Assembly (NCBI GenBank): GCA_964016885.1 | Contig: OZ024740.1 | Location: forward strand, 48,174,001 to 48,238,000 | Reading direction: 5' to 3' | DNA from: Eledone cirrhosa | Taxonomy: Eukaryota | Length of the DNA stretch: 64,000 nt | Shown here: positions 12,191-24,188 of the stretch, one piece after another | Position numbering within the stretch: position 1 is the first letter of the stretch | How the letters are laid out: each line of letters opens with the position of its first letter | Notes under the pieces: model-generated | Told to the model about the DNA's origin: nothing | Database searches by the model: none | Seen by the model: the letters and a program-made list of their open reading frames with translations, nothing else | Translations under genes and position numbers: made by a program

Positions 12191-12319
12191 TATATTGGTG
12201 TACAGATATTTTTGCATACACAATAACAAAATATAAACAAAAGTATTTATTTCGCGATAAAGTATTGATTTTCTTCGCACGGAAAAAAACCCTGGTAATC
12301 TACGACGAATTTTTATATA
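11972..12319. repeat. ~348 bp near-perfect palindrome centred on a (TA)n tract
   Basis: 11972-12110 is the reverse complement of ~12181-12319. The ORF track shows mirror-image ORFs on both strands. Confidence 0.95.
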
Positions 12320-12392
12320 TATATATGGAGGAAGTTTCCTGTCAGCATGACTTGGCAAGCTATTTAGAACACTGGTTTAACCGCTTTACTTC

Positions 12393-12427
12393 CCTCCGAA
12401 GAAGAGATATTATCTCGAAAATTAAGG
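12393..12427 (+). ncRNA. Minimal hammerhead-like motif with variant core (CCGAAGA)
   Basis: CCT-CCGAAGA-A-GAGAT-ATT-ATCTC-GAAA-ATTA-AGG. Helix I CCT/AGG, 5 bp helix II, UUA site, AATAAA just downstream. U4 is replaced by C. Confidence 0.55.
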
Positions 12428-12545
12428 ACATTTAAATAAATCTAAGGTAAAAGACTAATTGTCAACAATATCTTTTGCATTTGCATTCTTTATTCTATGT
12501 CCATACCTGCATTGTTTTGGCTTTATTATACATATACAAACGTTT

Positions 12546-12546
<1 letters not shown>

Positions 12547-12615
<69 letters not shown>
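12547..12615. repeat. (GATA)n microsatellite at the 3' flank of Tx1 copy A
   Basis: Direct run of GATA units. Confidence 0.98.
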
Positions 12616-13166
12616 TTCTTTATTTGCCACAAGGGAGCACAAGAAAAGGGGACAATACAAAGACATGTCGGGGATTTTACATGCAGTCGTGTAAAAAATA
12701 TAAAAACAAACAATTACAACAATCGAAATCCCCAATAGGGGTGAAGCGCCACAAATGGGTTGTTTAATACCCCGTCGATAGAACAACCCTCAACTGCAGG
12801 AGCGTGTTGTGCAAGTGCTCCTTTCTTCCTTTTGCTCTCTTCTTCAACCTACAGGCTTATAAACAGAGAAGGCCCAATCACTCGGGCCATTTTCGCTTCA
12901 TTCACCCACCTTTCAGTAAATTTACTAGGGTGCAGTGCCTCTCTCCCCACTCTGATTCTCCTTCTAAAGTGATACTTAAAGAAGGGAATCAATTGTTGTC
13001 CGGAGAGAAAGGCATCTGTCCTCACTCCTCTCATCTCGTCCACCATATAACTTCTTTCACCATAGCCACCGTACAGAGGAAAACCGCCTCTCTTTCGTTT
13101 TTGAAAGAGGCTGGCGGTTTGATTCTTACTATGGACTCGGCAGTCAACTGGATTTGTCCCATACGC

Positions 13167-14143
13167 CAGTGGTCGCCAACATGGGTTCCGCGGTACCTTG
13201 GGGTTCCGTAAAACAAACTCCAGGTTCCTTAAAAAAATAAATATTTACATTACCATTAATATTTTGGGTTTTCTGAAAAAGGTGCAAAGAAAATGCCAAA
13301 GGTGCAAAGAAAATGCCAAAGGTGCAATGTATAAATGAACGAGTACTATTGTAGTGTACACAGGTTCTCCACTCCAATTCGTGGAAAACACTACTTTCAG
13401 TTTCTCACTTGAATTAGCAGAAAAACACTGTTCTGAGATTCGTGGAAATTGAATACTTTCAATTTCACATCAATTCACATCAATTTTTTGATTTCCATGT
13501 GTCTAACACACGTGGACATGCCCACAAATCAGAAAACAGCACAGTTCCCATGACTTTCGGATACATTTTTTCACGCTCAGAGTTGCTGAAGCATGAACAA
13601 ACTGCCTGCATCGGTTGTTAGCTGTCGAGACACTGCATCCTTTAAGGCCTCCATGCTTCCCAAGATCCGCCAACACTACACCTAATGTTCCCCCTCCATA
13701 CACATACACACATGTATACCATGACTCATATACTATTCACTTCCCTGACATTTGTGTATTATTTTATGTACTATACATACACCTTTGACGAGTTGTAGTG
13801 CACCTGAGCACTTTACACAATAATTTCTTTCTTGGAAAGACAGTTTTCTGAATTCCGAGAATTTGACTACTACTGATAATACACTAATTGAACTTAGAAA
13901 TTGACCAATCACAAACAAGTAAATGTTGGTCGGTGACAGCATAACTTTAAACTGAAAACTTCAGTTCAGCGAGGTCTCTCAGCCGAGAGACTGGGTCAGT
14001 TCGCTGTTCTCACAACGTAAGTTCACTAAAATAAATAAAGACTTTATTATTTTTTTTTTGAAAAGTTTTGTATTGTATAGGTTCCGTGAAGAATTCAAAA
14101 TATTTAGAGGGTTCCTCGGTTTTAGAAAGGTTGGCGACCACTG
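13167..14143. mobile_element. Non-autonomous hAT element with 14 bp TIR and 8 bp TSD
   Basis: CAGTGGTCGCCAAC...GTTGGCGACCACTG. CCATACGC is duplicated at 13159-13166 and 14144-14151. Subterminal GGTTCC repeats. Confidence 0.95.
13486..13827 (+). mobile_element. CR1 3'-end fragment inside the hAT element
   Basis: Matches ~43957-44253 (ORF2 end and 3' UTR GTAGTGCACCTGAGCAC). Confidence 0.93.
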
Positions 14144-17100
14144 CCATACGCGACAGCAGTTTTTCTGCATAGTTCCACAGGTCGGTTACGCCCGGGCAGT
14201 GTACAATTGCGTGCAGGACTGTTTCAATGTCCTGCGCGCATCTTGGACACGTCCTCTTGGAAGGATCCCTGCCGGGGCGTTCGTGCCTGTAGATCTTGTC
14301 ACGAACCGGTAGAGCTCCTCGGTAGCACTGCCAGGCCAGGGACGTCTGGAAGTTGTCCATAGGTCCCGGGCGGAAAGTCCTACCAAACAGACTGGTGAGC
14401 TCATCGTCTTCGACGCCCAGAGTCTCTCCAAGCACGTCGTCGCTCTTGTAACGTACAAACCCTCTATAGAATGTCGAAGTGGAGTCTCCACTGATTGCTG
14501 CGCCCGCTTGCCAGAGGACTGTGAGCGCCTGAGCGCATTCAATGTGCCAGGCGCCCATCGTTTTCGGTCTTCTCTTGACCCAGGACTGCAGCTCCATCAG
14601 CGAGACGAGCTGTGGGAAAGCCTGTCTCACAAACGGTGCCCACACCGGTTGAGGGTCGGTGAGGAATACCTGGAGATGCCGCAGCCTCAGCGCATGTTTG
14701 CGCATCATCAGCCACGGCATTCCCAGCCCTCCGTTGGAAGGGTGCTGACAGCAGACGGATCTCCTCACCAGCGGAGCCTGCTTCTTCCACAGAAACTGGA
14801 AGAGCATGCGTTCCATCTTGGCAGGGTGTTCACCGGGACAAGGCACGACAGTCAAGCAGTAGTAGATGACGGGCGCTATGAAAGTGTTCGCCACCTCCGC
14901 TCGACCTTTCAAGGACAGTTTGCACTCAGCCCACCTCTGGGTGAGTGCAAACACCTTGGCCGTGACCTCATTACAGTTTTTCTCTACCTGGAAGTCTGGA
15001 CCGAACCAGACCCCGAACAATTTCACCGGTCCGTCCGTCCAGCGTCCAACGACGCTGTCGGACGTCATCGGTTTGTCTCTCCACGTACCGAGTTGCAAAC
15101 CGACAGACTTGTCCGGGTTTAGTTTTGCTCCCGTCAGCGTTTCGTATTCTTTCAGTAAGTTGACGATCGCCCCGATTTCCGAGGTGCTCGACACCATTAC
15201 CGTCACGTCATCGGCATAAGCCGACGCCGCTTTGCGCAGTCCCGGTTCTAGAGGGATGCCCTGCAACAGCTCCAATTTCCGAAGTAGTGGCTCTAGAGTC
15301 AATACATACAGAATGGAGGAGAGAGGCCACCCCTGTCGAATGGAACGCGTGATTGCGAACGGCTCCGATAGGTAGCCGTTCACCTTGACCCTCGAGCAGA
15401 TGCTGGTGTGCATCGCCTCGATCCAGCCTCTGAAAACGGGACCGAAACCGGCCGCCTTGAGAACCGCTTCCAAGTATCGATGGTCGACCCTATCGAATGC
15501 CTTAGACTGATCCAAATTGATCAGAGCCCCACCGAAGCCGGGTTTACTACCCACCCTCTCTATGATGTATCGCATGAGGTGGAGGTTGTCGTGTATGGAC
15601 CTGGTCGGGATTGCATACGTTTGTGCTTTCCCTACCAGGTTCTCGACGACAAGCGCCAACCTCGTCACTAGCACCTTGGCCAAAATCTTTAATTCTGTGT
15701 TGAGCAGAGTTACGGGCCTGAAGTTGTTAATTTCGTCCCCCTTGTTCTCGTCTTTCCTGATCAGCGTTACTACGCTCTTGCCTGCAGAACTGGGAATTCT
15801 CCCGTTCTGCTGCCAATTGCAGTAGACGGCTTCGAGGACGCCAGAGAACAAGTCCGGCATGTCTATGTAAAACTCATAGTGTAGACCATCTAGACCGGGT
15901 GACTTGCGTTTCCCGCAGCGGCCCAGAGCGTCCCGTATCTCAGTGTCCGTGATTGGTCTATCGCAGAACTCGGCGTCGGTGATCGAGAGACGCGGCAGGC
16001 CGTCGAGGTATGAACTAAAGTCCATTGCCCCGTTCGGCTCACCGTCGTTCTGCTCAAACAGTCGCGCAAAGTGCTGCTGAAAAGCCGCGCACATTTGCTT
16101 GGGGTCAAGTAGCACGCGTCCGTTTTGATCTTTCAAAGACCGAATCGTGGACTTGTTGCCACTTTTTGCCTCCGCCACTCGAGCCCAGCTGACAGCTTTC
16201 CTAGAGCACGTGTTCTGCTTCTGACCACGCAGCCTTCGTGTTTCGCATCGAAGAACTGGTCCAGCGCCGTTCTCGACGCTAACACTCTAGCCGCATTGCC
16301 ACTTCTAAGTGCTTCCTCTACCTTGGCTATTAGTTCTCTTTCTAGTTTGTTTTTCTCTAAGGCTAACTCTCTGCTAAACCCTATCGATTCTATTCTAATT
16401 GCTTTCTTGAGAGAGTACCACCATATATTGTTGACGATGGCTCCTGTTAACTGTTGCTTGACTAGTCTACTTATCCGTTTACTGTAAGCTTTACGTGCCG
16501 GCAATGACACGTTCAGCTTCCAGTATCCGGGTCCTTGTTTATGTGTTTTATCACGGTTGACTAAGCAGACGACTAATTTGTGATCTGAATAGGCAACCAT
16601 GTGCATTCGTGGACAGCTTAACATCTCCTTGTCCCCTTCTCTAATGAAGAACCTATCTAAATACGATCTAGATGTCCCGCTGCGGTTTGCCCACGTCCAC
16701 TGTGGTGCAGTCGGGAAATCCAGTCGATACCTATCGGCCAGTTGGAATTGGCCGATTAAAGTTTTGAGGCTGTTGCACCCCGCTCTACTGGGACATGCTC
16801 CCACATAGTCCCATCGTGCATCTAGGATACCATTCCAGTCCCCCACTAAAAGTAAGGAGCGAGACGTTCCCAGAAAAGACTCTAGACGCTTAAAGAAATC
16901 TGGCCTTGATTGCGATTGCCCGGTCGGGACATAAACGGCCACCAGTCTCAAGGCTCCACCTCCAATACTGTTCACGTCTAGGACTACCATTTACCCTCCG
17001 GGTCCAAGTGTACTTGCTGTACTTCGACGTCCAGGTTCTTCCGAAACATGACAGCCACTCCACCCCCACCTCCTGGCTGACAGAGAGATGCGTAGATCTC

Positions 17101-18339
17101 AAAGTCGTCGAAGATGGGGTTAGTTGCTGCCTGTTGTGGATCCTGGACTCGGTGATGGCTATCACATCCATACCGTGTGACCTAATGTCGTTTAAAAGTT
17201 GGCCCTGTTTCCAGGGCATCCCTAGGCCACGCTCATTCACGCTTCCAACTCGTAAACTAGCCATGTTGGTGAAGAAGAGTTGGAGAAAAAGGGCCAAAGG
17301 TGCACTTACCTTTTCGTTTCCTGGAGATCGGGTTGTTCAATCTCCATTTGGGTGCTGGATGGGGTGTTGGGTGGGGTGGGGAAACATTTTAACATGACGT
17401 GGTTGATGGGTTTCTAGCAGGGGTTGCCCACGTCCTGTGAAAATTTAATTTTTAGGTCATTATAGGTTTCCATAGAAACCCTTATAAGTTTAAGGTGTAG
17501 AGACGATTCTGCCTTGACGAAAGTTTTGCCCTCCGCCTCCACCTTGGGGTTTTGGGAGATGACCTCCATCAAATTCTTGTTGTTTGTGTGATGTATGCGT
17601 ACTGTTGTTTGTGTTTTTGTTGTGTTGTTTTAGTTTGTTGTTCGTCCGGGAGTTTTCTTTTTATGGTGGGTGCTTGTGTTTGGGTGGTGTTGGTGTTGGT
17701 TTTGCTGATAGGGGAATGTTTGACTGTGGTGTTGTTTGTGTTGTTGTTTGTGTCTGTGGTTGTGTGTTGGTGTTGGTGATTGGGGTTTTGGGGGTTTTGT
17801 GGTGTCTCTTTTTTTGTTTTTTAGATTTCCGCGGCTCTCCGTCTTATTCACTTAAAGAAGGAGAAGCAGCTTCATCCGTCGATGAATAATCATCGTCAGG
17901 TGTGTGGGGTAGGGGTATGTTGTGTGGTGGTGTTGTTTCTGTGTGTGTGTTTGATGGAGTGGGATGGGGTGGGGCTGTGTTCTTCAGGGGTGTTGTCTCT
18001 GTTTTTTTCTGTTGTTGCTGGTTGAGTGTCTGTTTCTTTTGGTGTGGTTGCTCGTTTCGTCTGTCGTTGTACTTGTGGTGGTGGTGGTTGTTTTGGTGTT
18101 GGTGTTGGTAATAGGGCTTTTTTAATGATGTTGTTGTGTGTTTGTGAAGGACAAGAGGATTTTAGGTGTGCTGTGCGATAGATAGATAGATATATTTTTT
18201 ATTAGCCACAGGGGCACAAAAGAAGGGGACAAATACAAAGGGGGAAGTTTACATACAATAAAAACGTAAAATGTTATCACAAATGGAATTTAAAAAGTTA
18301 GTCGATTTTCCCCAATAGAGGGAGACAGTTCATATGGGT

Positions 18340-21300
18340 AACACATACCCCCGAAAAAAATGTGCAACCCTCATCTCCAGGAGTACGAAGAGTTTGTACT
18401 CCTTTCCTCTCCTCCTCCTTTTCCTCAACCTACAGGTTGATATAGAGAGAAGGCCCATTCACTCGGACCATTCTCGCCACTTTCACCCACCTTTCATAAA
18501 ACTTGCTGGGGTACAGCACCTCTCTCTCCATCCTGATTCTTCTTCCAAAGTGGTATTTGAAAAAAAGAATCAGTTTTGGCCGGAGAGAAAGGTGTCTGAC
18601 CTCAGCCCTTTCAACCTTGTCCACCATACAACTTCTTTCGCCATAGCTATCACACAAAGGAAAACCGCCTCTCCTTCATTTTTGAAGGAGGGTGGCGGTT
18701 TGATCATGACAGTGGACTCGGTGGTCAACTGGATTGGTCCCACCCGCGACAATAGTCGTTCTACATAGCCCCACAGGTCAGTGACGCCCGGGCAGTGTAT
18801 GAATGCGTGCGCGACGGTTTATTCGTCTAGCACGCACCTCGGACAGATCTTTTTTGCAGGGTCCCTGCCCGGGCGCCCATGTCTGTAGAGCTTGTCTCGA
18901 ACTGGTAGAGCTCCTCGGTAGCACTGCCAGGCCAGGGACTTTTGGAAGTTGTCCATCGGTCCCGGGCGGAAGGTCCTACAGAACAGACTGGCCAGTTCAT
19001 CTTCCTCTACGCCTAGAATGACGAAGTGGAGTCTCCACTGATCGCCGAGTCCGCCTGCCAGAGGGCTGTGAGCGCCTGAGCACATTCGATGTGCCAGTCG
19101 CCCATTTTCCTCGGTCTTTGCTTGACCCAGGACTGCAGCTCGGTCAGCGAGACGAGTCGTGGGAAGGCTCGCCTCACGAACGGGGCCCACACAGGTTGTC
19201 CGGTGAGGAATACGTAGAGATGCCGCAGCCTGAGCGCGTGTTTGCGCATCGTCAACCACGGCATCCCCAGCCCTCCGTTAGAAGGGTGTTGACAGCAGAT
19301 GGATCTTCTCACCAAAGGAGCCCGCCTCTTCCAAAGGAATCGGAAGAGCGCGCGCTCCATTTTGGCGAGCGTTTTGGCTGGACAAGGCACGACGGTCAAG
19401 CCGTAGTAGATGGCGGACGCTATAAAAGTATTCGCCACCTCCGCTCGACCTTTCAAGGATAGTTTGCACTCGGCCCACTTCTGGGTGAGTGCAAAGACCT
19501 TGGCCGTCACTTCGTTCCAGTTCTTCTCCACTTGGAGGTCCGGACCAAACCAGACCCCGAGCAGCTTTACCGGTCCTTCCGTCCAGCGTCCGACGACGCC
19601 ATCGGAAGGCATCGGTTTGCCTCTCCACGATCCGAGTTGCAAACCGATGGACTTGTCCCGGTTCAGCTTCGCTCCTGTGAGACTTTCGTATTCCTTCAGT
19701 AAGGTGCCGACTTCCTCGATTTGCGAGGCGCTCGACACCATTACTGTCACGTCGTTGGCGTAGGCCGACGCCGCTTTCCGCAGTCCCGTTTCCAGAGGGA
19801 TGCCATGCAATAGCTCCAGCTTCCGCAGTAGTGGCTCGAGAGTCAGTACGTACAGAAGGGAGGAGAGAGGGCATCCCTGTCGAATGGATCGCGTAATATG
19901 GAACAGCTCCGAGAGGTAGCCGTTCACCTTGACCCTTGAGCAGATGTTGCTGTTGTGCATTGCAGCAATCCAGCCCCTGAACACGGGTCCGAAGCCTGCC
20001 GCCTCGAGCACCGCATCCAGGTAACGATGGTCAACCCTATCGAAAGCCTTAGACTGATCCAATGTGATCAGGGCCCCACCGAAGCCGGGTTTACACCTTA
20101 CCCTCTCTATGATGTATCGCATGAGGTGGAGGTTGTCGTGTATGGACCTGGTCGGGATTGCGCATGTCTGCGCTTCTCCCACCAGGTTCTCGACGACAAG
20201 CGCCAGCCTCTTTGCCAACACCTTGGCCAAAATCTGTAACTGTGTTTAGCAGAGTTATGGGCCGGAAGTTGCCTATGTCATCCCCCTTATTCTCGTCCTT
20301 CCTGATTAGTGTGACCACGCCCCCGGTTACAGAACTGGGAATTCTCCCGTTCTGTTGCCAGTTGCAGTAGACCGCTTCCAGGAGACCGGAGAATAAGTCC
20401 GGCATTGCTACGTAAAATTCGTAGGGTAGACCGTCGAGACCTGGAAATTTGCGTTTGCCGCATTGGCTCAGCGCGTCCCCTATCTCAGTGGCTGAAATCA
20501 GCTTTTCGCAGAACTTTGCCTCGCTGTCCGAGAGTCGCGGTAGGCCGTCGAGGTATGGACCGAAATCCATAGCCTCTCCCGGCGCCCCCCCCCCCCCCCG
20601 AACAGCTGAGCAAAGTGCCGCTGAAAAGCCGCACACATCTGCTTCGGCTCACGTATCACGCGTCCGTTTTGGTCCTTCAAAGACCGAATCGTGGACTTGT
20701 TGCCACTTTTTGCCTCCGTCACTCGGGCCCAGCTAACAGCTTTGGCTCCCTCGTTTCCCAGAGCACGTATTTTGCTTCTGACAACGCAGCCCTCGTGCTT
20801 TGCGTCGAAGAACTGGTCCAAGGCCGTTCTCGTTGCTAGCACGCTGGCTACGTTGCCACTTCTAATTGCCTCTTCTACTTTATCTACCAGTTCCTTCTCG
20901 GTTCTATTTCTATCTAACGCTAATTCTTTACTAAAAACTATCGAGTCTAATCTAACTGCCCTCTTGAGAGAGTACCACCATCTGTTGTTGACAATGGCCC
21001 CTGTCAAGTGCTGTTTAACTAAAGTGCTAATCCGTCTACTGTAGGCTTTGCTTGTCGGTAACGACAAGTTCAGCTTCCAGTAGCCGGGTCCTTGTCTATG
21101 GGTTCTATCAAGGTTGGCCATGCAGGTCACTAGTTTGTGATCTGAATAGGCAACCATGAACATTTGTGGACAGCTTAACATGTCCCTATCCTTATTTCTA
21201 ACTAGAACCCTATCTAGGTACGATCTAGATGTTCCGCTACGATTACTCCACGTCCACAGTGGCGCAGTCGGAAAATCTAGTCGATATCTATCGGCCAGGT

Positions 21301-21817
21301 CAAATCGGTCGATTAACTGTTTGAGGCTGTTACACCCCCCTTTATCGGGACATGCTCCCACATAGTCCCAACGTGCATCTAGGATTCCATTCCAGTCCCC
21401 CACTAAAAGCAAGGAGCGGGACGTTCCCAGAAAAGTCTCTAGACGTTTGAAGAAGTCTGGCCGCGGTGTCCCGGATGGGGCATATGCGGCCACCAGCCTG
21501 AAGGCTCCACCTTCACTACCGTCAACGTCTAGGACCACCAGTCGACCCTCCGGGTCCAGATGTACCGTCTGTGTTACGAGGCCCAGGTGTTTCCGCAGCA
21601 AAACGGCAACTCCGCCCCCACCCCCCGGTTGACAGAGAGATGCGTAGAACTCAAAGTCATCGAAGATGGGGGCCAGTTGTCGCTCGCCGTGGATCCTGGA
21701 CTCGCAATTGGCTACCACATCCATACTGTGCGACCTGAGGTCGTTTAAGAGTTTGCCCTGTTTCCAGGGCATCCCCAGGCCGCGTACGTTCACACATCCA
21801 ACTCTTATATTGGCCAT
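18340..21817 (-). pseudogene. Tx1 ORF2 (APE + RT + CCHC), split by frameshifts near 20590, 20237 and 19020; 3' boundary approximate
   Basis: ORFs 20498-21817 (NVRGL, GDWN, YLDR, SDH), 20091-20636, 19013-20230 (DQSKAFD, IRQGCPLS, YAND in place of YADD), 18819-19259 and 18570-18752. Confidence 0.92.
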
Positions 21818-21850
21818 GTTGGTGCTGAAAAGTTAAAAGAGGAAAAGAGA

Positions 21851-23766
21851 TCACTCACCCTTCGTCTCCTGGGGACCAGGCCGCACGATTTCCATGGGGG
21901 TGTTGGAGGGGTTGTCTGGATGGGTGGTGGTTTCCGGCGAGGTGGGGACGGAGATGTTTTGTGGGGTGGGTTCTGGTGGGATGGGGGTGTCTGGGGTGGG
22001 GAGACATTTGAGAAGGACGCGGTTGAGTGGTTTCACGCAGGAATTCCCCACATCCTTCTCAAATGTTTCTTTTAGGGACCTATAAGTTTGTATAGGGACC
22101 CTAATCAGTTTTAGGTTCAGTTTTTTGCTATTTTTAATAGAGTGGGCGAAAGTTTTCCCTTCGGTTTTCACCGAAGGGTCGTTCGTGATGGTCTCCATTA
22201 GTGTTTTGTTTTCAGTGTTTATGTAAGTGTAAGTGTAATTTTCTTGTGTTGTGTTTGTTTTTGTTTGTAGTTCTTGTGTGTGCTTTCGTTTTGTTGTAGG
22301 TATTCTGTTTTCAGGAGGTGGGGGTTTTGTTTGTGATGTTTTTGTTGTTTGTGTTGGTGGTTGTATGTTTGTGGTAGTGTTTGCTGGTTTTTTGCTTTTG
22401 TGATGTCTTTTCTTTCTTTTCGAGCGATGGGGTTCTCCCTCGTCTTCACTGGGTGATGGCGAGATAGCCTCATCTGTTGTATCGTCTGTGGGATTGGGGA
22501 GGGGTATGTCTTGGGGAACTGTTGTGTCTGTATGTGATTTTGCAGTGGTTTTAGGTGGAGTGGGGTTGGGTGGGACTGTGTTTGTTGTGGTTATTTTTGT
22601 GTGTTGGTGTTGTTGTTGTGGTGGTGGTGTTGGTGGTTGTGTTGTTTTGATGGGTGTCGGCAGAAGAGCCTTTTTTGGTTCATTAATTTAGGACAGGAAT
22701 CCCTCAGGTGACCCCTGCTAAAGCAATGGTAACATGAAGGCCGCCTACCCTCAACCGAAAAGTGTATGTAGGTGAGTCCGTCCAGGAGTACACGTTGTGG
22801 GATCATAGCTATTCGCTCTGGGCTCATTTGCACCAGAACTTCAATGCTAGTCCCATTGAATACATCTCTGGGGGACTTGCCTACTGACAGTATTCTGTCT
22901 TCATCAAAATTGATGAAGCCGCACAGTATCCACCATATGTTCACCTTTGGTGTGACACTCGTGATTCTGATCTTTTGTGTCCTTTTTCCCATGTATGTAG
23001 GGAAAAAGGTGTACAGGTTGGATACAATTGGCGACACAGAGTAATTTTGGGCCGTCAATTGATCCTTCATGAGTACCGAAATACTCCCAAAAAGTTTGCT
23101 TCTTTGAATGAATGCAATATTATTCATTGAATTTTTGAAAACCAGTTCAATTTCTTTCTGTGACAATTGGACTGGTTTTCGGGTAGAATTGGAAACTGTC
23201 CTAAAAACTATCGTTTTGAGAGCAGTTTCCTTGCGAATTTCTACCGGAGAATTGATGCTGAAAGCACCATTTTTTTCGAAACTGACATATCTCCTAGCGT
23301 CCTTTAAAAGTTGTTCAGCATTTGTTATGTCGAGATATATCAATTCTTCCTTTTTTTTAACTTTCTCTGCAAAGGAGATTTTTGGTTTCTTTGTGGAATC
23401 CGTATTGGTGGTGTTGTCATTATTGTTGTTTTTGTTGTTGTTATTATTGTTGTCACCGATGTTGGTATTATCCGTATTTTCCTTGGTGTTGTTGTTGTCT
23501 TTGATGCTGGTGTTATTGGTGTTGTCTTTATTTTTTTCTTTGTTGTTGTTATCATTGTTGCTTTTATCATCATTATTGGTGTTGCTGTTATTTTTGTTGT
23601 CATTGAATTGTTTGGTGTCATTTGTGTTGTTTGAATATGAATTCGTTTTTATATTTTCATTTCGTCTTTCCATCTCTATAGTATCTAGTGAAGAAGACGT
23701 TGTTGACTGCGAGCTTGGTAGTCTTACTGCCTCTCCACCACCATTATCGTTGGACGCAGCGTTCAT
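21851..23766 (-). pseudogene. Tx1 ORF1 (gag-like, CCHC knuckle), ~640 aa if one frameshift near 22680 is repaired
   Basis: ORF 22591-23766 has an N/D-rich head, SFAEKVK and CYHCFSRGHLRDSC. The shifted frame continues KKALLPTP...METITNDPSVKTEGKTF...KGE*, and both blocks are conserved in copy A. Confidence 0.85.
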
Positions 23767-23983
23767 AACGTAATCAAAATTTTACAATATTTTTTCCAAG
23801 ATTCGATGGAGAAAAAATTTTCAAATGGATATTCCGCCCCTGTAGGGGCGAAAATGAGTTGACCCACCACCTGAAGGTTCAGACGGGGAGTCAAGTTACA
23901 CAATGATATAAAATTTAACTAAAAACTCACGTTTTTTTCTTACATAAATTAACGGAAACTTCTCCGCGAAGTTACACACGTCT

Positions 23984-24059
<76 letters not shown>
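23984..24059. repeat. (GATA)n microsatellite at the 5' flank of Tx1 copy B
   Basis: Direct run of GATA units. Confidence 0.98.
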
Positions 24060-24188
24060 TTAAAATAACAGATTAAAGTTTAAGCAAAGAATCGCTGCTC
24101 TCACCCTTAACGGGATCTTCTGAAACTAAGAAAATCAATCTGTGAATGCAGAAGTAAATATTCCGAAAAACGTTACACACTATATATA

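Larger units (their letters stand above)
12616..18176 (-). mobile_element. Tx1/L1-clade LINE copy A: 5'-truncated within the ORF1 zinc knuckle, ORF2 frameshifted, interrupted by a hAT MITE
   Basis: APE (GDWN, YLDR, SDH), RT (SPGLDG, DQSKAFD, IRQG, YADD) and C-terminal CPRC..ET..H..C in ORFs 16890-17297, 16133-16990 and 14010-16178. ORF2 ATG at 17264. The 5' edge translates TAHLKSSCP. Confidence 0.93.
18193..23983 (-). mobile_element. Tx1/L1-clade LINE copy B, apparently full length (~5.8 kb), frameshifted
   Basis: 5' end AGACGTGTGTAAC abuts (GATA)n at 23984. ORF1, ORF2 and an AATAAA/A-rich 3' end abut (GATA)4 at 18177-18192. Confidence 0.95.

Noticed and set aside
23108-23773. Long hydrophobic + strand ORFs (also 17552-18111)
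   Set aside because: Antisense shadows of the low-complexity A/C-rich Tx1 ORF1.
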